In this document: positions 24,401-36,400 of the stretch, piece by piece | Position numbering within the stretch: position 1 is the first letter of the stretch | Layout of the letters: each line of letters begins with the position of its first letter | Assembly (NCBI GenBank): GCA_030141605.1 | Contig: JAQGDQ010000003.1 | Coordinates: 682,001 to 746,000 of the forward strand | DNA from: Tubiluchus corallicola | Taxonomy: Eukaryota > Animalia > Priapulida | Reading direction: 5' to 3' | Length of the DNA: 64,000 nt | Translations under genes and position numbers: made by a program | Notes under the pieces: model-generated | Databases searched by the model: none | Seen by the model: only the letters and a program-made list of their open reading frames with translations | What the model was told of the DNA's origin: nothing

Positions 24401-27400
24401 CAACAGATTCTCGAAGAGCAAACCAGCCAGGCTCTTCAAATGGCAAATAACAAGCTCAAGGATAAAGACGAAGACATCGTTCTACTTAGAACTAGATATG
24501 GTGTGCCCGAAGGTAGCTTAGTTAATACTGGCCTGAATTATGTTAATGAAGCAGTTGATAATATTCCTACTATAATTAAGAATAGAAATAATGTTTGTGG
24601 TAGTGGTTTTGATTCTCATGTAACAAATGAAGTAAGTTCCGTGCCAAAAATTGTCATATCTGCATATGATGACGACGACGAAGTGTTTCCTTGTCAAAGT
24701 CGTCACGAAATTGTTAAGTCTGTTGACATGCAATCACAACTTTCAGTCAATGCTAATAATCATTTACTGCTTAATGACACTTTGCCATTTGGTTCTTATG
24801 CTGAGTCTGCAGATAATTTTGGACTGCAAACAGAGAAGGAAGTTGTTGTCAATGTGTCAAATGAAAGAAAGATTGTTAAGGATAGGTGTATAGTAGCGCT
24901 GCCTGAAGCTAGTGTCTACTGCACTGTTGATCTTTCAATTAAAGAAAACTTGCACGAAGACACAGAAGAGAATTTACAAAAGCTTGGCAGTTCTGTTACT
25001 GATAAGCCGCCAGAAATAATAACGAACTCTTCCAACGATGGTAGTAGTGACCCTAATCATGACATCAATAGAAAAGAGAAAGCTAGTGAGGAACAAGATA
25101 TAACCGATTCCTTAGAATGTAATGCATGTGTGTTAAGTAATAATAGTTTAGATGTTTGTGACAACAGCATCCAGGAACAAGTAGATGAACAACTTGAACA
25201 ACAAGATTTAACAAATGCTGTGGAGTGCGACACTAATGCAATAAGCAGAGATAGCTTGGAAGTTGAAGATTCTCATGATTCAATTGGCGTATCCTTGCAA
25301 AAAGTGAACACAGAGTTTGGTTGTAATGGTGCCTACAGAGAAGTAATCAGTTGTTCTGTGAAATTAAGTAGACTTACTGATCTAAAAAATAATCTTAACC
25401 TTACTTCTGGTCATGGCAAAGTAAGTGGTGCTGAAATTGTGGCAACACTGGACACTAATCACGATGGTGAAGAAACGGACGAAATTAGTATGCCGGCGCA
25501 TGAAGATAATTATGATGACGAATCCGGCCATAAGCACGTGATTGGAGAAGAATTAAAAAAAGTGAACGATTCTGCTAAAGAAACACCAATGAAAATAGAA
25601 GCAGGAGAAAACAACGTTGGCAGTGATGTGCCTGTTAAGGTTTCTTCAGAAAGAATAGAAGTAGACTCGGATAATATGAACAAAAACCCTAATAAAGAAA
25701 CTGCAGAAAAATCTGAAGCAGAAGTTAATGAAAGAAACTGTGACATAACTGGTGGTATAAAGAGTAGGGAAGCAGACATGGTTGACAGAAACAAATACTC
25801 GGTTGAGGAAACTCCAACGAGTGAAAAAGCAGATATTGATGAGAGGAGTAAGAATTCCAGTAAAAAAAGCTCAGAGAATGTGGAAGCAAATGTGCATGAT
25901 ACGATTAAGGGCAATGTTAGACAAACTTCAGACAAAGTGGAATTAAATGTGGATGCAGAAGTAAACGATGCAAAAATTAAGAAAATGTGTTATGTGGAAA
26001 TAAGCCCATTGTTGAAGGGGGTTGATCCAATGCAAACAAACAAGTTAGGTACTAGTCCAGAATCTAGAATGTCTATGCCAAGTACGGAATTTAGAGAAAC
26101 TCTTATGTGTCGTGGCATCAAAAGAAGTAGAGATAAGAGTGCACCTATTATCAGTACAAAATCTCTTCTTGTGCGTTATGGTGATGAGAATGTGGATGAG
26201 CCTTCACCAAAGCTTCAAAAAACTTCATGTAGCCGATACAACCAAAAGTCTTCCAAGTCGACAACGAGTTTATCTGATAAAAGTCGTGTCATACGAAAAA
26301 TTTCTTTTGATAAGAAGCGAAGAACTAGAGCCAGCAAAATATCAGACGTAAAGATGATTAAAATTTTAAAACAGTTAGAATATGATGAGGGTGAATCGAC
26401 AACAGTAGGCACTAGCAGCTCAGTAAGTAAAACAAGTGATAAACGTTTATTTGACAATGTAGGTAAGGAAAATGCAATTCCGCAAGTGAATAAAAATCTA
26501 CAGGTTCACCATTTGCAGGTGGAAGACAAGGCATTAGTTCCTTCCAACAAGCTTTTACACACGCCCAAGAGTGCTTTTAGAGCTAGTCCTCAGACAAAAA
26601 TTGTGCGCGAGAATGAGAGGCCCCCTCCTTCGCCTTCTGCTGGACTTGCAGTAATGGAAGAAACTCTTCACTTGTCCTCGTCACCAAGAAAAGTAACCTT
26701 CAGGCACACTAAAGCAAGCAGGTTGAGAATATCAAAGTCTCCACTTTGTGGTGGTTCCAAGTCTCGTCTTTGTGTTTCACCTGGACAGCGGAAAAATGTC
26801 AAAATCTGTCAGCAGAAAAGATCATTGAGAAGAAAGTCATCACTAATGATTAAGAGAAGATACAATACAAGATCTCGAGCAAAGTGATTTTGTTCTGCAG
26901 TCCAGCCATAGTTGTCAGTGAGAGGTAGAATAGTTTGCGCGCTAGCTGGCCAACACACACATGTAAAGCAAAGCTTATATTGTATGAATTTGAATATATC
27001 GTATGTTATGCATTTTACCTAAGGCATTAGTTTTCATGCTTAAAACTAAAATTTTCACGCTAATGAATAATTGGCACTTTTTCGTTTGAATATTACTCAT
27101 ATGCTTTGACTAAACAAACTTGTCCTTTGGTAATTTCTTAAAGTATACTTAGACAATTTTCTTAAGAATACTGTTGCAGGATGTTTTAAGTTTAATCTGA
27201 CATATAAACTTATCATTATACTTACCTACACACTTTCTGGAACATCTTTCATATTATCCATGATTTTTTTCCTCTGAGACATGGCGTCACATTAATGTAC
27301 AAATAAATAAATAATTTCATTTTAATAGGAAGTGTACAAAAATATTTTTGCATTTATTAATGGTGATCGTAATGTGCAATGTTTCCTCATCTGTTATTGT

Positions 27401-30400
27401 ATGGATAGCGCTGTGTTTATCTTAACATGCAACGCCAGTTTGTGTAATTATAGTCGTTTAGAATCAATCATAGATTATCTTACTCAATTAATTTGTAGCT
27501 AAACTGAGGTGGCTTTACAAAAGCATTGAATAAGAGTATGAGTAAAATTTTTTGTTGTGTTTTTTAACTGCCACACATTGGTCATTTATCTGTGCATTAT
27601 CTATGATGACTTACATCATTGTGAAATGTTTTCCCTTTTTTGTGTATATTTTGTATTGAAAGTTTATATTACATTTCTGTAATTTTCTTAATAGACAAAT
27701 TATTTTTCATACAAGGCTATGCAAGAATGTACAGCATCATTTGATTTTGCTGAACACATGAGCATTTGAATCATGTTGCAGAAATTTATATTGTCTAAAT
27801 TTAATATTGTGCATTCAATGTTGCTGTATAATGTACATTTTAGAAAGTATATGTATGAAACAGCTTGCTTTGTTTACATGTACTATAGTTACTTGCATAG
27901 CTGAAGAATTAATAAAAAAACTATTTTTCTCGTTACTACCTCTTTACTTAATTCGGTTGCATATATGATTGATCATTTGACGTTAATTGTAGTTGATTTA
28001 TTATGTTATTATTTACTTCTACTCCTATCTCCAGGTGTCTTGCACAAACTCATTGTTCTGTATTAATGTGTTATACTTAATTTGAATTTACTAAAAATTT
28101 ATGGCTGAAACGTTCTTTGGTTTTGTAAAAAGAATTGTTATATGGTGCACTTGTCAGTTATAATAAACTCACGTTTACGTTTTAATTATTATAATATCAT
28201 AATTACTGTTGTACGTTGTATTTTACCTAAGCAGCATTTTCTTTTAAGTCTTCACCAGTGATTCGTGCATATGTGAAAATGAGAAAACTTGACTTACAAC
28301 GATGAGTAGGTTTTTTATTAACAAATTGTATGCATTGTCTTGAAAACATTTTTCTAACAAAGTCTCTAACAGTATTGAAAATGCTGACTAAGATAAAATA
28401 CTATACGATACTTGGCCTAGTTCTTTATCAGTTTTTCTCATTTCACAGATGCACTGGTCACAGATGATACAAACAAAACATACGATCAGCTCAACACCAC
28501 AAATGCCTTACTCGAAAAGCAAAATACCAGTATGGCTGAACAGCTTGAGGGTTTATCAAAGCAGCTGTGTCGTTACGTGGATGAAAATGAAGTGTTAGAA
28601 AAGAAACTGGAAACTGCACTGTCCAGGTAAGATCTTTTTTGAAGACTATGTATATAAATAAACTTAGCACTCAACATTAATTTGACAGTTAGATGCTCAG
28701 TTAGATGACAGTTAGATGCAACTTGTTCGTATCAGTATGGATCCTAAAAGTTCCACATTATCCCCTACTAGTGGAGTGACAGCACAGTTTTTTGTCCACA
28801 TTCTGTACCAGTGGAGCAAACAGCACTGTTTCTTTTGTCCACGTAATTCTGTACCAGTGAAGCAACAACAGTTTTTTCCAAGGAATTTAAGCTGCAATAA
28901 TATTTCATACTTTGTGTTTCCTTGAGTGATTTTTATTATGTTAGAAGTCGGCAAAAAAGAGATGAAAATGCTGCTTGATTGTTGATATATGATGCTCAAG
29001 CAGAATTTGAAAAAAGCAAGCAATTTAGTATAGTACTGATAACTGAAATTTTTTATATCATTGAGTTTAAATTAATGTTGAATCAGATAAGGCAAACACA
29101 TTTAGCCAGCTGCATTTGTTTGTTATGCAGATGTAGAGAGCTAGAGGAACAAAAAGTTGAGATGGAGAACAAGGAAACTTGTATGTCTAAAATTGCTGAT
29201 TGTGAAAAGAATGTGGCAGTGCAGGAAGCTGTATCTACACTCGAGTCCGAAAAGCATAATCTGCTTCTTCACATTAGTGAACTACAAAACGAACTTGCTG
29301 CAGGAAAAGATGAAATAGAGACTCTAAATAGTTTGTTAACTGAATCCCAAAGTTCAGCATACGATACTAACAGGCAGTTAACAGCGCTCATGAGTCAGCT
29401 AGAAAAGATGAAAGAGCAGGCTATGGAACAACTTAAATCTGTAGAAGTGATGAAGGAAGAAAATGAGAAGCTGATTAATGCAAATAAAACTCGAGAGGAC
29501 GAGTACCAAATGCAGGCAGAGTCACTGAGAAATGAAATTGAAGAGTTGAGAAATCAGCTTGCACAAGGAGGAAATGAATCGAGTCAGGTGATGTTCGAAG
29601 AAGTGCATATGTTGAAATGCCAGGTTTGTGATTTGCAGTCTGCATGCACAATGCAGTCGGACATGATTTCAAAAGCAAATTCCAAAACAGAGTGTATACT
29701 CAAAGAGCGTGATGAAATTAAACTGAAATTCACAGAGTTACTGGCAGAAAATGATAACTTGTTGCAAAGGACAAAACTAATATCCGGTGAAACGCAAGAA
29801 CTAAGTGATAATCTAAACGCTGTTACTAAAGAGCGTGAGCAGCTGTTAAAGGAAAAGAGTGAATTACTGAGAGAGAATAATTTGCTGACAGTTACTATTG
29901 CTTCATTGAAAACAGAGGGGAGATCTTTGTTGTGCGATAAGGAAAATGAATTAGTTTCTCTTCGGGAGCAGGTTCACATGCATGAAAAAGAGCTGGAATC
30001 AGCTAAAGAGCTGTGCGAAAATTACAAGGCGAAAGCTGACATGATAACAAAAGAAATGGAGTGCCAGAAAAATGCGTGGATAGAAAGTGAGGAAAAAGTG
30101 CAGGAAAAAGCAAAAGATATAGTCATTAAGTTAGCAAATGAAAGAAAAGCACACACTGAATCTAAAACTGAACTGGAGAATGTTATGGATTTGGTTTCAA
30201 AAAAAGATGGCATCATTAAAGAACTTGAAGCTAGTTTGAGCAATTTGAATCAAGACTTGGCAATGAAGGTGGAGAATGTTGAAGTTACTCGAAAGGAAAT
30301 TGAAGAACTTCGCTCAAAGCTGAATGCGATGGCGCGACAGAAAGAAGATGAAATTTCTTGTGTGCATGAAAAACTGGAGTCATCACAAGCTGCAGAAAAA

Positions 30401-33400
30401 ATGCTGACTGAAAAATGTGTTGAATGTCAAAAACAAGTGGCTAATCTAGAGAACAAAATAGAAGAGTTCCGTCACTCAGAAAAGCAGTTTAACGTAATTG
30501 AAGAACAAGATAAAATTAAACTTGGCACTTTGGAAAAAGAATTGGATGCATTGAAACACACAAATGAAAATTTAGTTGAGAGGGATGAACAAAATGAAAA
30601 GAAATGCTTGACATTACAAATTGAGATAAACCAGCTAAATAACACTATAGACAAACTGAAGGAAACAGAAAAGCAAAATGAAAGTCACAGTGCTGAACTT
30701 CAGAAGGAATTGATTTTGGTGAGACAAATTGAGCAGAGAGCTCAACAACTTAATGATGATAAATGTTTGGCTCTGCAAAATGAATTAGATGAGTTCAAGC
30801 AGCAAGTACAGATTCTCAGAGAAACAGATGAACAAAGTAAAACTCGTATTGCAGAACTGGAGAACATATTGGAAGCATCGAAACATGCCGCAGAAAATGT
30901 AATTGCTAAAGATCAAGAGAACATTAAAAAGTGTTCAACTTTGGAAGTAGAACTTAGTAACCTGAAGCAAAAACTTGCAAGCCTCAAAGAACAAGATGAG
31001 CAGAGCAAAAAGCAAGTAGTAGAGTTACAAAATGAGCTTTTTGTATTAAAGGAAAGAGAAAAAAGCTTCATACTGGAAGGAGAACAAAGTAAAGAAAAAA
31101 TATCTGAATTGACTAGACAGTTGGAAGAACTGAAGCAAAATGAACAAAATCTGGTTGAGTCAGCTGAGCAAGCTAAAAACCACCTCAGGGAAGTCAACGA
31201 GAAAAACTTAGAACTTAGTAACCTGAAGCAAAAACTTGCAAACCTCGAAGAACAAGATGAGCAGAGCAAAAAGCAAATAGTCAAATTACAAAATGAGCTT
31301 TGTGTATTAAAGGAAAGAGAAAAAAGCTTCATACTGGAAGGAGAACAAAGTAAAGAAAAAATATCTGAATTGACTAGACGGTTGGAAGAACTGGAGCAAA
31401 ATGAACAAAGCCTGTTTGAGTCAACTGAGCAAGCTAAAAAGCAGCTCAGAGAAGCCAACGAGAAAAACGAAGCCGAACTTGGTTTTTTGCAAAAGCAGCT
31501 GGAAACTTTGAAATATGCAAATGATGAACTGATAGAAAAGAAAAGTGACGTGTCGAAACTAAACGAAAGGTTAAAACTGGTGAGTATAGCATCTCTTCAG
31601 TCAAACCTCTTTATACCGCCTACTTTGGGTCTAGAAAAAAGTTGGCATTATAGCGAGTTTGGCATTATAAAGGGGGCGTTATAAATTCTTTATAATAACC
31701 TTTATAAAATCTCAGACTTTTAAAGGTCAGACTTTTAGTTACTACCAAAATTACCGAAATTATGAATAAAAAATTTCATCTCTCTTTTTTTTTTAAATTT
31801 GTAACACTATATATGATAATCGTATATGTTCATTTTGTTGCCAAAAATTTTGGAATATCTTATATTGAATTCTGTTCCTGTTGTTTTAAAATTTGCCAGG
31901 AAGAGGAGAAGATATCAGAACTAAAACAAACAGTTCGAGATTTGGAAGAGGAGGTAAAGCGTAAGGACATCAAAATCAATAACAAAGTGATGGCTATTGC
32001 CGACCTCAAAAATGAGAATGAGTCAAAAACAATCAAACGAGATCTTTTAACAAAAGGTAAGTGTTTTTGTCTTTTTTATTCTATTTTTTTATTGATTATA
32101 TTCTTACATTTGTGCATGTGTTTCCAAAGTTCCAACTGACTATTAATGCCTGTGGTTCTGTGATCAGTGCCGTGAAATCATTTTCTTAAAGTATTCATGT
32201 CTATCATTTATGGTGATTTCAGATTTGTAAATTTGTAAAGCCAGGTTTTGACGGGCACACGACCGTTTCACAAAGACCAAATTTTTTTTAAAGTCTAACA
32301 GCCACCAAAAAATTTATGCACCATGTTTTGTCGTCCAGGTCGCAACTCATTTGTGCAAAGTTCCAAATAATTGTGCCGCTTTCTTGAGACTTTAGGGTTT
32401 TTTCTTGGGGACTGTGTGACATCCTCGCGAGTAAGTTGGATCATTTCACTACCATTTCAGCAGACGAAATTTTTGTAGGAAAAAATGCCAGACAATCGAG
32501 GTTCTCCAAAATGTCACAAAATGTTGAAAAATAGTCGCAAAGCCATCTCAACATTTTCAAAGGCATCTCAAAATGCTGACCAATGTTTTTGTGTACTCCA
32601 AAATTGTTGACGAATGTCACGAATAATTGAGAACATTGTGCGCATGTTGGCGCATCTTTAGACAACTTTGCAACATTTTGGAGAGGTTTTGACGAGGTTG
32701 GGGAACTTTTGGAGCATGACTATCGGATAGTTGCTGAAACCCCATGAAATCCTAGCTTAAATCAAACATGGTAAAAACTGCTTTGTTCATGACATGTGTT
32801 CTGCATTATGGGAGTTCCTTAATTTAGCTCTAGTCCTCAACTCTGAAGGCTCCCATTTATCGAGTTGCTAAATGCTAACCTGCTTACCAGGTTTCTGTTA
32901 CGTAATTGTATTAATAAAAGTGGTTTCATCTACTAATATGTGTAGACAGGTTAACATGTTTAAGTCATTTAAATTGCCTAATTGTACCTTGATTGATTAT
33001 ATCATGTGTAGATAATTTATTAATGCTTAACTCCCATTAATAAAGATGAATATTCAGCACGTTAATATTATATATATTATTACTTAACTCGTAGTCCCTG
33101 CCAAAGAGCCCTAACTCAAGCTGACAGAATACGTAGCATTTGATAATGAATAAATCACTAATGTATGACATTTGTATGAGTAACATAGCAAACATGAACA
33201 CAGAGAGAAAATAAATTTCTGCTGGCTTCCATTGTTGCCGGGTTTTCATATAACTTATTCATATTTGTCTTAACTATTTTCTTCTTTCTATAAAGATGAT
33301 AATCCACTAAAAGCAACTGTTATGAATTGCCGATAAATAGAATTGTACTAGTTTTTGAAATAATTAATTTTATGCGGGTTAATCTATATGACATCGATTC

Positions 33401-36400
33401 AGAAGGCATTTTTGTCATTTGTTGCATCTTTAGATGTTGCAGAACAAGCAGAATTGATCAGCCAGTTAAAAATGTTGGCCACAGAACAAGAAAGCACAAT
33501 GGAGATTCAGGATAAAGCTTTGAAGGATAAAGAAAATGAAGTTACAATTTTGCAGAATGGTATGTTCTAGTTATGTAATTAATGAAATACTTTTCAAACT
33601 GTGGTTTTAACAGGTTTTCTGAACTTTGAAGAGTTAGTTCGTCAACATCGCATAACGACAATTCTGTTGCAGTTCTATCTGCTGAAACAGTGAATTAAGG
33701 AAATGTGTGCTTGTGTCTGTGTGGTGTAGTTTGACAAAAGGCAATGCTGCAAGCCAATGTACTTGTCTGTTTGAGGAAACTGGAATTTATTGAACTTAAC
33801 AAGAAATTTTCATCAGAAGTTTTCTTATCTTAAGCTAAACTTTTCTTTAAGAATCTAGTCTATTCTGTGCCTTCAAATGTAAAAATTGTTTTCAGACTGA
33901 GATGGTGATGATGTCTACATATGACTTGAAGGGATGAATGCAAACATTCTGGCATTCTTGTGTTAAAATCCCAAACTTGGTTAATTTGGCAAAGCCTAGT
34001 GTAACAAAATTTAAAATATAAATACGTTTAGTTAATGGCTCAAATTAACCGAGAGTTCGTCATGAAACGTTAGGCTAAAATAAGAAAATTAGAAATCTAA
34101 ATAAGTTTAAAAAGTTACAATGAAGGTGCAAATGTAAAATAACTATAGATTCTGTAATTTCTAGTGCAAGATTTTACAGAATGCAAGAAATTAATTGATA
34201 TACATAGTCTAACTGAGTTTCAGGTTGTCGTGTTATCCAGGTTATCCTGTTGTCCAGGTTATATACACTGTCCATATATTGTTGCTTTTACACTTCAGCA
34301 ATGTGACTACACACGTAATTCCAACTTCATATACTGATGATACGGTACACTGCTGAAGTTCAAATTATGGCGATAATTGCATTAATGCAGACTGTAAAGC
34401 ATAGAATAAAATATTAAAAGCCTTGCATCAACAAATAAATTTGAAAACCATCTCTAGTTTTGTCGATTATTGTTATTGTTGTTGTTGTTGTCGTCGTTGT
34501 CGTCATCGTCGTCATCATCATCATCATCATCATCATTATTATTATCATTGTCATCATAATTAATTATTGTCCTAGACATGAAGAAGCTGGCCGACGATTA
34601 CGAACAGAAACTCAGAAAAATTACTGAAGAAAAGAAGTCTAGCAGCCAGCTTGCATCTGCTCTTGAGGAGAGCAACAAAGAATTGAAGGAGCTGGAAAGA
34701 TTATATGCAGGTATATGTAATACCAAATCATGGGTCATTGTCTCGTTTTGCAGTCTTTTTAATCCTCGTTTTACAGTAACGTAGTTTCTGTTGGGTTCAT
34801 ACATGTACTAACAACTTGCTGAAAACTTGATGTCTCATATTTTTATAGACCCGACGTAAAATAACGTGTATTTTGTGTATCAATCAATATGTTTGTTATG
34901 TGTTAGCTGGTCTTTTTATTTATACTATTCTTGCAGAAAGTCAGAAGCAATTGGAGACTTTAAAGTTGGAGCAGGACAGTCATATGGAAGCCAAAACATC
35001 CTCTCTACAAGAACAAGTTGCTAGCAAACAGAAAGAAATTGACAGTCTCAGTCGCGAACTCCGTATAAAAGAAAGACAAAAAGAAAAACTTTGCGAGGAG
35101 AACAAAGAAAAAGATGTTAAAATGCAGGTATGGGATGTTTACTTTGATTTCTCTTTTATTTTTATAAATCTGGTCTTGGTGACTGAAGTCGAGTATTGAG
35201 AGGCATGAGTGTATTTCTATAACTGTTGTTTCTTCTTATTGTGACTACAAGATTATAAATAATGCATGTGCTGTTCGCTGTTGACCAACAAGCCTAGCAG
35301 TTTACCAGTGCTGCTAGTGAGTGTTTCTAGACAGTCTGAGCCCGAAGGTTCCCCTGAATGTGTGTAGGGATCAATTGTATGATAAACTTATTTTAACTAT
35401 GCAGTATTTATAATATCAAGTTGTGTTCTCAGTAGTCAATGGCTGATTTTAATAGCAGCTTCAAGAAACATGACAATGCTTCGGTGATCAACGTATTCGT
35501 TTTGAAAGATCATTAACGGTTGACAGGAATGAACAATGATTTCATAATTTACAAAATTATTCACACTTTATTTAGTTTTATGATGTTTCGTATTTTGAGT
35601 ATTCTTAATCAAGTGCTTACAGCAGATTTAACTGTGTCAAAAAATAAGTAAAAGAAATACAATTTTGATGCTTATATTTGCGTTCCAGTTTGCGGCTTTG
35701 CCGAATTGTTATTTATACAATTCTTCATCAAGGCGTTTAGTCGCACTGATTATGAAATTCCATTGTCTCTCTACTTGGTTTACCCATGTATACTGAGCTG
35801 TGATGCTACATGACAACTAAAAACCTACTAAACATTAATGTTTATTTCAGAAATGGAAAGAAGAAAGAAATGAGATTGTTGGTAAACTGGAAACAGTGTT
35901 GAAGGCACACTCGGCAGACTTGCGAACGAAGACAGCAAAAATTCAAGAACTAGAAGATTTGCTCAACAGTGGCGACCAGGTTAATATCCTTGCCACATTT
36001 TAAGTTATAATTTGCTTGTAGATGCTCTTGCTTCACTACATATCTCAACAGCTCCTGATTTTACACCAAAGAAGAAATCTACTGAAGTTATAATATTGAG
36101 GCAATAGTTGTCCTAAACATATATTTGTATATGTATGCAAGGAAACAGGACAGTGAACTGTACCGGGTCAGTGCTTTTGTTCTGAAAAGACTACTTTTAT
36201 GACTGTTTGTTTGTTTGTTTTTTTTACATTCAGTTTTGGGTTTTTGTTTTCGTTAGTTTGCGGCCTTTGCTATTTTATTGTTTTTGTTTACCTTATTTTA
36301 TTTTATTTTTATTTTTTTGAAATTATTTTACATGAAATAATTATTTAAAGGAAACAGTATAATTTTTCAGATCTTGCTCATTTTTAAGTACTGTTTAAAA

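Noticed and set aside
24392-26887. 831-aa ORF as an independent nested gene or retrogene
   Set aside because: Its 5' part is an in-frame spliced kinesin exon with a good acceptor at 24382; no separate promoter, TSD or poly(A) remnant seen
25510-31458. Antisense Ser/Phe/Leu-rich ORFs (e.g. 25510-25935, 30913-31458)
   Set aside because: Shadows of the E/K-rich sense coding exons
28979-31684. 901-aa ORF as a standalone coiled-coil gene
   Set aside because: Bounded by splice sites at 29131 and 31579 in phase with flanking kinesin exons; the ORF ends are intronic
35984-35991. ATATCCTT, a U12-type donor consensus 4 nt inside intron 35980-36842
   Set aside because: No frame-preserving AC/AG acceptor or well-placed TCCTTAAC branch site; the GT-AG boundaries already give an in-frame product
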